A stretch of 64,000 nt of DNA from assembly GCF_009914755.1 (NCBI RefSeq), contig NC_060933.1; one strand, 5' to 3'. Under the pieces are notes generated by a model, which ran no database searches, had not been told where the DNA came from, and was given only the letters and a program-made list of their open reading frames with translations. The translations under genes and the position numbers were made by a program. This stretch comes from the human T2T-CHM13v2.0 reference genome, Homo sapiens. Of this stretch, positions 1 to 12,499 are shown piece by piece (position 1 is the stretch's first letter; every line of letters begins with the position of its first letter).

Positions 1-173
1 ATTTTGTATCCTGGAACTTTGCCAAATCCATTTATCAGTTCCAGGAGCTTTTTGGAGGAGTCTTTAGGGTTTTCTAGGTATATGATCATATAATCTCAGT
101 TTGACTACTCTTTACCAGTTTGGCTGCCCTTTATCTCTTTCTTTTGTCTGATTGTTCTGGCTAGGACTTCCAG
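1..173 (-). mobile_element. LINE-1 ORF2 (RT region) fragment, antisense, running off the window start
   Basis: Reverse complement matches L1 ORF2 (CTGGAAGTCCTAGCCAGAACAATCAGACAAAAGAAAGAGATAAAGGGC); homologous text occurs on + in the L1 at ~59178-59230. Confidence 0.9.
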
Positions 174-595
174 GTAGTGGATTTATTATTCAATCTGATA
201 TTTATCATATCAAAGGCGAGGGTAGAAATTTGTGGTAAGGAAAAGGTGAATATAGGTTTGGGGAAAAACACCATCCACCAAGAGGCAGAGTGATTCATTT
301 GAAGAAACTAAGCTAGTGTCTCGCACTTCCTTATGCTCTTATCTCCAATGTGCTCCCTTAGGCATAGGGAAGCCTCGGTTTTCTCATCAGTAAAATGGAC
401 AGAAGAGCCATGTTTTCAAAGAAAGCACCAAGCTCTGGAATTTTTTCATTCAATTGTTTTGAAGACAATAGAGAAAATAGATGGAGCAGTAGCAAGAGCC
501 AGCTATTTATTGAGTCTGTGGAATACGAAAACTGCACTTATTTTCTAATCTTCCATTGAGATAAGAAGAGATCTGGGTGGTACCAGAAATTGACT

Positions 596-970
596 GTGTC
601 AGAAACTTCTCGTGCACCATTTCAAGCCTGTTTGGGCCTACCACTTCCTTCAGCTGCAACTGTGATCAGCTCTGAGCAGGTGTCTACTAGCTTAGTTCAG
701 CTGCAACCAGTCTGCAATATACCCAGGGCTTTTCAGTTCCCTCACTTCCTTCCCTGGAACTCCCATGGTGCCATAACATGTGATGCCATAGGCACCCACT
801 TGGCCTTCACATATGAACATCTAGGAAGTGGAGAAGCAGTAATATGTGCAGGTCTGCCTTTAACCCCTGGACAATGGGGCTGATGGATCAATGCCTTCCT
901 CTTTCATTCCCCAGGAAGACCTAAGACTTATTTCATAACACTCCTCAGAAGCTCCCAGAGGCATCTCATC
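596..970 (+). mobile_element. ERVL LTR16-like LTR, partial
   Basis: TGTGTCAGAAAC...CGTGCACCAT start and 'cccctggacaatggggctgatggatcaatgccttcc' resemble the recalled LTR16 consensus. Confidence 0.55.
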
Positions 971-1551
971 AGTGATCATCAGTAGTTGTGATCTACTGGG
1001 GATGTGTAAAGTTTTATGTAATTTTAACCTAAGTTTTGGTTGGAAATTGCCACATTTATTTTGATCTCAGTGACCAAATCACTCACATATACCAAGATGC
1101 TCTACTTAACCCAGCGTTGTTAGAAGACCCTTATCTGCCTTGGATACTTGAAAGTTGACATGGATCTTCTTTCTGCATATTTCTTATCAGTGTATTTCTT
1201 ATCTAACATCATGGAGTCTCACCCAGGCTGGGTATATGAGACTCATGTTCACTCTAGTCTATAGTCATGGAGTTCTCCCTTCAGGTATATGTGGAATAGG
1301 AGGTCATTAGGGGAGAGTGTGTGCATCAAAGGTGGGAGGGTTCATTCTCAGCAGGGCCCCCTTCTCTCTGACCCCCAAGGCTGAATTAGAGGTCTCTTGC
1401 CCTCCCTCCTATCTGCCCCTATGATTGTGGTCAAATATACACAACATTAAATTTATCATCTTGACCATTTTTAGTGCACAGTTCAGTAGTAAGTTCTAAT
1501 TGTTGTCTAATCTCCAGAACTTTTCTCATCTTGCAAAACTAAAACTCTATA

Positions 1552-1867
1552 GAGTGAGCTCTTCATATCCATGGGCTCCACGTCCCCAGAATCAACCAAT
1601 CATAAATCAAAGACACTAGAAAATATTTTTTTAAATACAAAAATAAAAATAATACCAACAAAAGCCCAATAGCATATAACAACTTCCTACAAAGCATCTA
1701 CATTCTATTAGGTATTCTAAGTAATCTAGAGATTATTTAAATTATACAGGAAGATGAGCTATATGCAAATATTGTATCATTTTATGTAAAGGACTTGCTT
1801 ATTCTTAAATTATGGTAGCCATTGAGGGTGTTGGAAGCAATCCCCCGTGGTTACCAAAGAACAACTG
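1552..1867 (-). mobile_element. MER2 (TcMar-Tigger non-autonomous DNA transposon)
   Basis: Core 'ggtattctaagtaatctagagattatttaaattatacagg', decayed TIRs, TA duplication at 1550-1551 and 1868-1869. Confidence 0.85.
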
Positions 1868-2023
1868 TACCTATTAAACAACAACTACTCATTCCCCTCT
1901 ACCCTGACCCCCTGTCAACTACCATTCTACTGTCTCTATAAATTTGACTACCCTAGGAACTTCATATATATGTAATCATACAGTATTTGTCCTTTTGTGA
2001 CTGGCTCATTTCCCTTAGCATAA

Positions 2024-2401
<378 letters not shown>

Positions 2402-3253
2402 CAGAATTCCCTTCCTTTTTAAGGTTGATAATATTCCACTGTATATATAGACCACATTTCTTTTACCCATTCGTCCATTGAGGGACATTTAGGTTGCTCT
2501 CACTTCTTGGCTATCATGAATAATGGGGCAATGAATATGGGTATGCAAATATCTCTTCATGTCCCTGCTTTCAATTCTTTGGGGTATATACCCAGAAATG
2601 GTATTGCTGCACCATATGCTAATTCTATTTTTAATTTTTGAGGAAGCACCACACTGTTCTTTGAATTGGTTGCACCATTTTATATTTCCACCCACAGTGC
2701 ACAAGCATTCTAATAGTTCTCTACATCTTTACCAACACTTGTTATTTTCTGGATTTTTGATAGTAGACATCCTAATGGCTGTAAGACCCTTATGTTTTCG
2801 TTCTGTCAATGATAAATGCCTTGAAAGCTGGAACTAGCCCAGGGCCTGGCACCAGTTATATGCTCAGCACAGGATCATTAAATGAATGAAAAAGACAACG
2901 AGCTATGGCCTGACTCTGACTGTGGGCAAGTCACTTTCCCTATTCCCAATCTCAGCATCCTCATTCATCAGGTGAAGGAATATATCAGGTCATCTCTGAT
3001 GACTCTGCCTGACCTCAGAAGGTCAGTATTTCTAAGACATAGACCAGAAGGCAGACTTTGACCACTTCATTCTTTTTGCCAAGGCTAAGTCTCTCTCAGG
3101 GGTAAGACACTGCAGGAAACAAAATAATCTTTGCACCATGTTGCTTTCTAGTTCACAAAACCCTGCCACAAAATTTTCCCAGAGAGCACTCGCCATATGC
3201 ACAAGTGACCAAATCTCTACTTTGGTGAGATGATGTCCTTGCACCGGTAGGAC

Positions 3254-3279
3254 TTTTTTTTTTTTTTTTTTTTTTTTTT
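3254..3279. repeat. T26 homopolymer
   Basis: Directly visible. Confidence 0.95.
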
Positions 3280-3394
3280 GAGGCATATCCTGAATCTATA
3301 TGCTTAAAATTTAAATAATCTTAGGCATTTATTTAAATAAATAATTTAGATTATTATTATTTAAATACTTTTCTTAAGCATATATCTTCACAGA

Positions 3395-4331
3395 TTTTCA
3401 CATTTAAATACATTGATATAACCATGGCACAGATAAACACACAATATTTCTAGCACCCTCAGAGATTCCCTCACGCATTTTCCTAGGCAGAAATCATCCT
3501 ACATCTATCCGTAAGGAACCACTATTCTGATTACTACCATAATCAGTTTTATATATTATTTCATAAAAGTGGAGTCATACAGTCTTCATCCTCTTGAGTC
3601 TTGATTTTTTGCTTAATATAATTTCTGAGTGATCTATTCATTTTATTGTATGTAGCAACAGTTTATTCTTTTTAAGTATGGAGTGTCTTAGTCTACTCAG
3701 GTTGCTATAATAAAATGTTACAGCAATTTGTAAACTGGGTAGCTTATAATGTAAACTGGATGGCTTATAAACAACAGAAATTTATTTCTCACAGTTCTGG
3801 AGGCTGGGGAGTACAAAATCAAAGTGTCAAATATTTAAAGTTAGGTGAGGACCTGCTTTCTTGTTCATGGATGGTGCCTTTTTGCTGTGTTCTCATATGG
3901 CAGAAGGTGTGAAGGGGCCCTCTGGGGCATCTTTTATAAGGACACTAATCCCATTCACGGGGGCTCTGCCCTCACGACCTAATCTCCTCCCAAAGGTCCT
4001 ACATCCTAACACCATTATATTGGTAATTAGATCTTAACATAAAAATTTTAGGGAGACACAAATATTCACACCATAGCATGTACTATTCTTTGAATATACC
4101 ATAATTTAATTATTCATCCTTCTATTGTTGGCATTTGGGTTGTTTCCACTTTGAGACTACTACACATAAAACCATGAGCACTCTTGTGCATGTCTTTTTG
4201 TAGACATATGAACTATATTCTCTCGGGTTTAGATCTTGGAGTAGCTTGCTGAGGCACACGGTAAGCTTGTGTTTAATTTAGTAGACACTGCCAAACAGTT
4301 TTCCAAAGAAGTTGTATGAATTTAAACTCCC
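3395..4331 (-). mobile_element. Old L1M (L1MC/ME-like) 3' fragment, antisense, split by MLT1A0
   Basis: 'gcatttgggttgtttccacttt', 'cactgccaaacagttttccaaag' and similar L1 3' reverse motifs. Confidence 0.75.
3684..4078 (-). mobile_element. MLT1A0-like MaLR solo LTR
   Basis: TG...CA ends (tgtcttagtc...accatagca) and hallmark 'acaacagaaatttatttctcacagttctggaggctggg'. Confidence 0.85.
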
Positions 4332-4368
4332 TGTTGAGACTTTAAAGATTATATAGTTGAACATACAG

Positions 4369-4424
4369 CTATATATATACATAGAGAGATAGATATAGAT
4401 ATAGATATATAGATATGTAGCTAT
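4369..4424. repeat. (TA)n/(TAGATA)n simple repeat
   Basis: Directly visible. Confidence 0.85.
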
Positions 4425-5571
4425 AAATACAGATGTGGATTCTCCTCCTTTTCCTAAAATGAGAACTTGAAACTCAACAAAATTTGTATCTAAGATGTTG
4501 GTCACAACATTTATATTTATAGATGTGAAAATTTTGAAATGCCAAACAATTTAAAAATTATTAAGTAAGTTATTCTCCATCCAGAAAATATGACTGTATC
4601 ATTAGCAACATTCACTAACATAAGGTTTTTAAAATATGGGGGAAATGTTTTTGATGTAGAAATTAAGGGAAAATAATTTTTTAGAATTCAACACTGCCTA
4701 TCCAGTGAGATCTCACTGACGTTTGTTTGCCTAGAAAACAGGCCCAAGAAACGTGAATCAGAACATTAACAGACTATCTTTTGGGGGTTGGATTACGGGT
4801 GATAGGCATTTCTTTCCTATCGTTTCCAAAATTAGAATATTTTGTTTCATAATCAGATAAAAGTAAAAATGTATGCAAAAAGGCAAAGCTCTCTTCTCGG
4901 AGTCTGGAGGGCTACTTTGATAATTCCCTGTATAAAAAATAACAGCAAAACGACTGTATTTCCCCGCTCTTCTACTTCTTCCTAACTCTGCTGTCAGCAT
5001 GAGTTGGATTGAGAGACTAGAAGGAAATATGCCAAAACATTCGATGAGGCTCTTTGCAATTTTCTGTACTTTCCAAATGTTCTCTAGTAAGTGAGTATTC
5101 ATTTCATGATTGGAAAATAAAGAACATGTAAAAAAGAGTTTTGTTTTTTTTTTTAAAGTGGGATTGAAAAAGTGATTTTTTTTTCCCCCTCCATCAGAAC
5201 TGAGAGGGCTTTGTCTTCCCTGTGGTATCAGACCAAAGAGTAGCTATTTTCATCCATCGGCATCACCACAACCAGCTAAACCTAGCCACATTTTGTGTAT
5301 GTTTGATGTGTTATGGACTATTTTTCAGAAGTTTAGATGATTGGAGAAACCCCAAAGGCGCTTGTCTGGAAGATGTTTGCCCTTCATTCCTAAGGTAAAT
5401 TTAATGCACATGTATTAACCATCTCTCTCCAGTCCTCTCCCTTTGAAGTGGGCTTGCCACTGAGCTCAACTTCAAGGTTTCCCGTGATGCTTCCTTGGTC
5501 TCCCTAATTCACTTAATGCGGGTGGTTGGTGGTAGAAATGCAGACAGCACTTGGAGGGTGCAACTAGATGT

Positions 5572-5760
5572 ACTCATTCAGCAAATTCCAGCGAAGAAGC
5601 CATGCTGTCCCAGGCTCTAGGGATGCGCGGAGCACCGAGGGAGGGTTTCTTCTGAGGAAGAGCTCCCAGTTGACCAGGGGAGACAGAGGAATAAATAAAT
5701 AAATGAAACAGGACTGCCTTAATTTTAGAGCTAGCAGAGTGCTGTGAGATTACAGCCAGA
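5572..5760 (-). mobile_element. L2 3' fragment
   Basis: 'tcattcagcaaat...ccatgctgtcccaggctctagggat...gagctcccagt...gggagacaga' pattern. Confidence 0.55.
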
Positions 5761-6512
5761 GACTGAACAACTCAGGAAACCCCCCTGTAGCTACTAGAAC
5801 AAATGTGGAAGTGTCTGGCAGCCCAGCCCTTTTTCTCCCATACCTATCTGTCCTTGAATGTCACATCACCTCATATAACGTAGTTCACTGCTAAAGCTCA
5901 AACCAGCCATCTTGTTTATTTGTTACTTACACTGTGATGGCAGCCCCAGGAGTTAGGACACCTCGTTTCTCCCAGTCACTATTATGTCCCCCATCAGAAC
6001 TGAGGTTAGCGCTGGACAGTGACACTTCCAGAATTCCTGCCCAGGAGCTGTTTAGAGATAGCAACCTGAGCGGAATGAGAGTAGGACTGAAGCTCCATTT
6101 TAATAGCAAGTGCTGTGTTGCTTGTTTTGACACTCGCAAGTTTATTTGGCATCTCACTGGCAGGAAGAGTGTCAGAAATTAGGGAAAAGCAGCTCAAAAC
6201 ACTCCTAGCCACCCCTTGAGACACCTCTGTCCCGTAGCCCCTTAGAAGTTCAGAGAGGCCCATTTTCACTTATTTTAAACTTCTAATGTAATTTTAGGAT
6301 GAAGCAATGCCAGGAAGAGATTACAAAAATCATGCTGTTTTAAATATTTGCACATAACAAATTAACATCTTGAAACAGAACACAATGTTATCTTTTTAGT
6401 CACAGGATAATTCCAATATTTAAAAAAAAATTGAATTACAGTGCACCTTGGACGGTATGTTCCAGTAACGAGACACAAATTTAAAATTGTAAAATAAATG
6501 ATTTGTCTTAAT

Positions 6513-6865
6513 TTCCTCTCTCTCTCTCTCTGTTTCTCTCTTCCCATGTGAGATGCTTTGTCTTCTGCCCTTCTACCCTTGGACATTAGACTCCAGGTTC
6601 TTTGGCCTTTGGACTCTGGGACTTGCACCAGCAGCCTCCTGGGGGCTCTCAGGCCTTCAGCCTCAGACTGGACGCTGCACTGCTGGCTTCCCTGGTTTTG
6701 AGGCTTTGGGACTTGGATTGAGCCATAATACCCATTTTTCTCATTCTTCACCTTGCACACGCCCTATCAAGGGACCTTTGTAATTGTGTGAGCCAATGAT
6801 ATAAACATTTATATAAACATATATCCTATTTGGTTCCGTCCCTCTGGAGAACCCTCACTAATACA
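6513..6865 (+). mobile_element. MLT2B-like ERVL LTR (5' part missing)
   Basis: 'gacattagactccaggttctttggcctttggactctgggacttgcaccagc' and terminus 'ccctctggagaaccctcactaataca'. Confidence 0.85.
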
Positions 6866-6870
6866 GATTT

Positions 6871-6888
6871 TGGTACTGAAAATGGGGT
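6871..6888 (+). other. Decayed tRNA-Leu primer-binding site (start of ERVL internal region)
   Basis: gattt-TGGTACtgaaAaTGGGGT directly after the LTR; 13/18 match to TGGTACCAGGAGTGGGGT. Confidence 0.6.
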
Positions 6889-7099
6889 CTACCTATCCAT
6901 GTGAAGCCCAGCCAAGGAATCCCCATGTCCCATCCCCACCTCACCATTCTCTGTATAAACTCTTTCTGACACATAATAAGTGCTTACCAAGTGGCTTATC
7001 CATAAATACTGAACAAATCCACAAACAAAGGAATAAATGAATAAAGTTGGAAAAGAAGGGCACAAGAGTGGAGGCTACAAAGATGAACAGTAGCCCAGA

Positions 7100-8080
7100 A
7101 ACTTTGTGGTGGGAAGATAAACAGCCTTCTAAGCCCAGTAGACAGGTGTGCCTACAGATGGGATTGACAAGTAGAACCATGTGTGCTGGGAACTGCAAAC
7201 AGGACAGAGCTGCAAATGCTGCTGGGGACATAGTGCAATCTTCAGTGTGAGAGGTGGCAAGGAGCCAGATCCCACAGGGCTTTGAGAAGAGCTTGGAGAT
7301 GATGGGGAGGCACTGAAGGCTTTTAAGCAAGAAAGGAGTTGTGACTTGACTTGCCTTTAAAGATCACTTTGGCGCTGGTGTAGATCAGAAGACATGAACC
7401 TTGGTCTGTGGGACAAGTCTGGCCCTCTACCAGGTTTTGTGAATAAAAGTCTTGTTGGAACAGAGCCACACTCATACATTTGTGTATTGTCTGTGGCTGC
7501 TTTTGCACCACAACAGCAGAGTTAACTAGCTGTGATGGAGTCCATCAGCAGGCAAAGCTGATAATATTCACCACCTGGCCCTTCAGAGAAACACTTTGTT
7601 GACTGCTGGTCTACAGGAAAAGAGAGAAGAATTCAGAGACAAGGAGATCAGTTACAGCTTGCCAGTAGCCAGTATACAGAGAATGGAGAGGAGGGGGAGA
7701 CAGGAGAGATGCTAAGAGGTAGAATCATCAAGACTTAGGGCTTGGTGGGAGATAGGGGAAGGGTGTTCAGGATGACTCTCTGTTTCTCACTTGCATGACC
7801 GGGTACACGTTGTATCATTTATTAAAATAAGAAAGAAAACCAGGTTTAGGGATGGGGAAAGAAGAATTTGTATTTCAACCTGTTGAATTTGAGGCTCCTT
7901 AAGGATGTTCGGCTGGAGATGTCCTCCAGGCAATAGAATAACCAACACTGGAGCATCTTGGAGACACAACTCTTAAGTCCTCAGTGTGTCAGAGGAGGCG
8001 ATTAAAGAGGCAGGAGAAAGGATATGCAAAGAGAAGAGCTGTGGACTGATGATAGGGTTCTGGGAACTTTCCAGAGCTCA
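7100..8080 (-). mobile_element. L2 fragment, interrupted by MER58A
   Basis: L2 reverse motifs (ggggaggcactgaaggcttttaagca; tttaaagatcactttggc; tgttgaatttgagg). Confidence 0.75.
7386..7608 (+). mobile_element. MER58A (hAT-Charlie)
   Basis: 'ttggaacagagccacactcatacatttgtgtattgtctgtggctgcttttgcaccacaacagcagagtt'; CAG...CTG ends; degraded 8-bp TSD gtgtagat/gtctacag. Confidence 0.85.
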
Positions 8081-8607
8081 ACTAGGGGCAGACAGAAGCC
8101 TGAGGAACCCAGGGCTCTAGGGAAAGCTGCTTCCTACACAGGAGCTCAGAACCCTGTGTCCTACTTCCTCTCCCACCAAGACCGAGCAGGGCTGGCAGCT
8201 GAGGGGAACCCCCTCTCTGCCTCCACTCTGGGAGCTGTGGGGAGTTGTAGGGAGCTCCCATTTGCCTTTCTGCTCTAGAGAACCCACCATTCCCACCTAA
8301 TAATTGTCCCATTCTGAGGGATCCACAGGATCTTATCATTTTCTATATAACCACCTGAGCATTGCTGCCAGCTCACATCCAAGTGATGCCAAATGCCAGA
8401 ATGAAAAGTGGACTTGCTTAGTAGCCCGCAATGCCAGATCAACTTTCTCTCTTTTTATATTATATTAAATATTATCAGCAGAGTATTATCAGTGGGCTTT
8501 ACTCTATCAATGTCCAGCTAAGGAACAGTCTACACATGATTTTTCAGGAACATTTCAGCTGGCTTTTCTTCCCAAGAGCATCACCTTAGCTCTAGGCTTA
8601 GAAGAAT

Positions 8608-8730
8608 CATATATATGAGACATATATACATATACACATATGAGCTATATATTGTATGCACATATATATGATATATACCATATGATATATGATATATATG
8701 ACATATACACACACACATTTTTTTTTTTTT
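8608..8730. repeat. (TA)/(CATATA)-rich simple repeat followed by poly-T
   Basis: Directly visible. Confidence 0.85.
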
Positions 8731-9864
8731 GGCTCAACTGACAAACTGATGACCAAAAGAAGAAGGAGCTTCCAAGAAGCTCAACAAGCTTATGGCGAAG
8801 CTGAAAATATCCCATGTCTTTCCACTCTAAACTTGATGCTCACTTTCCTCCTAACTCCTCATGCATGTTCCACCAAAGGCCTCCACCACCCCATTGTGGC
8901 TTTTGAAGGCTATTTTTCTCTTCTTTCCCCATGTTGCACTCAGGCCCTCCCTCGCCCAGAATGATGTCACGTACACACACAGGCAGGCATAGCGTTAAGG
9001 TTTCAAGGGGTGGAAAGCTTATTCTCCACACCTCTAAATTTCCTTGAGCATTTTGGCGGCCTGCCCTTCTCTGAGTCCTCCCTTCGGAGGTATAGTAAGC
9101 TCTCTGGCTAGAGGAACAGCTGTCGTTCGATGGTTCCCTCTGGGTATCTTCATCAGAAACCCTGACCCTGGGGGTTTGGCTTGACTTCTCACCTCCAACC
9201 CCACACAGGATGAGGCAGTGACAATAGCTTAGTAGGTCTGCTCTGCAAACTTGAACTTTCTCACCATTTAACTGCTCTGAGGTCAGATGCATTTGACTCT
9301 AAACACCATGCATTTCAACAAGGTTTTATGATATTGAAAGTTGTATTTTGATATCCATCTTACTAACTCCTTTGTCTACCTTTCAATTTGTTCCAACCAT
9401 AGGTGGAAATCAGGGAGGGTATCCACTTTTCAGAAAAAAAAAACAAAAAACAAAAACAGGGAAGCAGAGATTTTCAAAACAAAAACTATGTGTCCATGTA
9501 AGGTGTGGAGGGAAGGGAGGTTGGCTCTGACATTTCATCTTCATGGTAATTTATGTGACTTTTGCATGCTTTGTCCGTCTGAGAAAGAGGAAGTCCAAAG
9601 CTGAGGCTCTTCTATTTTGTTTGGGAATGAGTCACAATCTGGCCCTGGACTACCTATCTAGCCTCATTCACCATGGCTGGCTGCTCTGAAACCAGACTCA
9701 TATTTTCCCTAAACGTGATCCCATCCTTCCAGCCACCAGGCCTTGGCTCACACGGGGATTCCCACATCTCCACGCTCAGTCTCAGTATGAGACTCGGTGC
9801 AGCAGGGCTTGACCCTGGTCTGCAGGAGACATGAAGAATGGGCTATCTCAAGACACAAGCTCTC

Positions 9865-11051
9865 TGATCCTAGTTTCCTGGGACTGCCAGGACAAAGTGC
9901 CACAAACTGGATGGCTTACAACAACAGAAATGTACTTTCACATATTCTGGAGGACAGAAGTCTAAAATTGAGGTGTCTGCTGAACATGTTCCCTCTGAGA
10001 AGTAGAATCCTTCCTTGCCCCTTTCGAGCCTCTGGTGATGGCCGGTAATCCTTGGTGTTCCTTGTACAGCAGCATCGCTCCCATCTCTGCCTCCGTCATG
10101 TCGTGGTGCTCTTCCTTTGTAGGTCTGTGTGTCTCTGTCTTCATGTGGCATTCTCCTTTTGTTATAAAGACACCAGTCACATTGGATTAAGGACCCACCC
10201 TAATGACCTCATCACAACTTGATTACGTCTGCAAAGATCCTATTTCCAAATACAATAGTCTCCTCTTATACATGGGGGATACATTCCAAGACCCCCAGTG
10301 GATGCTGAAACCACGGATTGTACCAAATCTGATTGCGGTCAATTGGAACATCTTTCTGTTTATGTCTTCCACCCACAAATGCAATGCCTTTGTCATCTTA
10401 ACTAAACACTTATCACATACTGTGGCCATAACTTCTGCAGTTTAAGGTGTGACAGTAAAACCAGTGTGAATTTCTTTTTCCTTCCTCATTATTTCACTAA
10501 TGGATTTGTTCTTACCATAGATATTAGTGATCTCAGTATGCAGTTTTTTTTTCTTTCTTCAATAAGTCAAGAACTTTCATTTTTTGGCTTCTCTTTGGCA
10601 TATCCAAATTGCCGGCCTCATTACTCTTCCCCACTGGGGACATTATTAAGTAAAGTAAGGGTTACTTGAACACAAGCACTGCAATACCATGACAGTCAAT
10701 CTGATCTCCAAGATGGCTAATAAGTGACTCATGGGCAGGTAGCTTACGCAGTGTGGATATGCTGAATAAAAAGACAATTCATGTCCCAGGTGGGACAGAG
10801 CAGGATGGTGCAAAATTTCATCAAGCTACTCAGAATGATAAACAATTTAAAACTTAGGAATTCTTTATTTCTGGATTTTCCGTTTCATATTTTTAGATCA
10901 TTGTTGCCTGAAAGTAAAGGAAACCACAGAAATCAAAATCATGGAAAGGGAAATCTCAGATAAAAGGGAACCCCTGTAGGGTCATATTCATGTGTACCAA
11001 GAGTTGGGACTTCTGCATATCCTTTCAGAAGATAGAATTCAACTCCTAACA
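9865..11051 (-). mobile_element. MLT1C MaLR solo LTR, interrupted by MER44
   Basis: MLT1C motifs (gacaccagtcacattggattaagg; cctatttccaaata|gggtcatattc); flanking direct repeat gctctc at 9859-9864 and 11052-11057. Confidence 0.85.
10253..10976 (+). mobile_element. MER44 (B/C/D-type, Tigger7-derived), apparently complete
   Basis: 'gggggatacattccaagacccccagtggatgctgaaaccacggat', TIR-like ends, TA duplication at 10251-10252 and 10977-10978. Confidence 0.85.
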
Positions 11052-11879
11052 GCTCTCATTCACTTTTCAAGGCTCAGACTCCTAACAGTGGGAAATGCTC
11101 CCGGAGGCTGCAACCAGGTAGGACCTTTCCTTCCTCTGCTGTCCCAGGAATTGGTCTCCATCTTTTGATATTTGTACCGGGTTCCCTCATGTGGTAATTT
11201 GAAAGACATGACAGAGAAATCATGTGTGCAAGGAGAAGAAAATGTTACTTTGCACCCATAGGTACTCTTTTGTGCTTTGCATAGTCTCTCACAGATTACG
11301 GTTTCTGTAATCATTCTTTGGACTGACCTGAAACTGTGGAGGGATCTGGCCCCAGGAAGCCTCTGGAAGAATTCAGGATTGAATGATTGAATGGAAGCAC
11401 CGGCACAAACTCACCACAGCTGGCCAGGAAAGCCCTGACCAACGGGCGTCCCCAGGTCCCTCTGTGGTGTGTGCTTCAGCCTGCTGCCAGCTGAGGAGTG
11501 TCCCCCGACTGATTTCTCCGGATAGAGCTGAATCCAGAAAGCAGGCTGTTCAAGAGAGGCATGTGGCTTGGCTGAGTCAGGCCCACTTCCTTTCCCCAGT
11601 CTGGTATTTATGGCTCCCTGCAGCAGCCTAGTTGGCAGGTCTGGACTGCTTCTCCACCTACATTCCTAAGCCACACTGCTTGGCCAAGATGCATACCTGC
11701 AGCCTGGCCTCCAGTGTTGGACAGTGTTTGTGGGAGTCTTGCTGCTCCTTGGGAGATCAGCACCTGGTGGCTGGGAGCGAATTTTGGATACCTGCAAAGC
11801 CTCCAAGTTGCAGCCATTATTTTAGCCCAGGCCACAGGGCAGGAGGACTTTATCATATAGAATGCATCAGAATGAATAC

Positions 11880-12135
11880 ACCGGTGTTCCAGATCCCAGT
11901 TCTGTCCTTTAGGGAAGGCTGTGGCCTCAAACAGGTCATACGCCTCTCTAACCCACTGTGATTGATCTCATGTTGAAAATGGGTTCATTGGCAATTTCCT
12001 TGCAGCATTACTAGAAGGCAGCTTGGTGGTAAAGGACAAGTGTTCTAGAATCAAGCAGCCTAAATTCAAACTCAGGCCACAAACTTGGAGCAAATCACTT
12101 AATTCATCCAGCTTTAGTCGTCTCAGCTGGAAAAC
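11880..12135 (+). mobile_element. MIR fragments
   Basis: 'tggtggtaaaggacaagtgttctagaatcaagcagcctaaattcaaactc...cttggagcaaatcacttaa'. Confidence 0.65.
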
Positions 12136-12464
12136 TGTACTTGTTTCCTACGCCATGCTAACAAATTGTCATAAGTTTGGTGGCTTAAAATACGCACACT
12201 TATTTGCTTACAGTTATGGAGGCCAGAAGCTCGAAGTCAGCTTTACTAGGCTGAAACAAAGGCATTGGCAGGGCTGTGCTCTCTCCAGAGGCTCTAGGGA
12301 GAGTCCATTTACTGGTCTTTTTCAGCTTCTAGAGCTGCATTCCTCGAATTATGGCCATTCCATCCACCTTCAAAGCCAGGAGTGTAGCATAGCATGTTCA
12401 GATCTCTCTCTGCTTCCATCATCACAGCATCTTCAGCATTCGGTGTCAAATCTCCCTCTGCCTG

Positions 12465-12499
<35 letters not shown>

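Noticed and set aside
1120-1295. Three CTTATC (GATA) words and a diverged tcatggagt...ggtatatg repeat
   Set aside because: Two of the sites come from one short local duplication; too weak to call without external data
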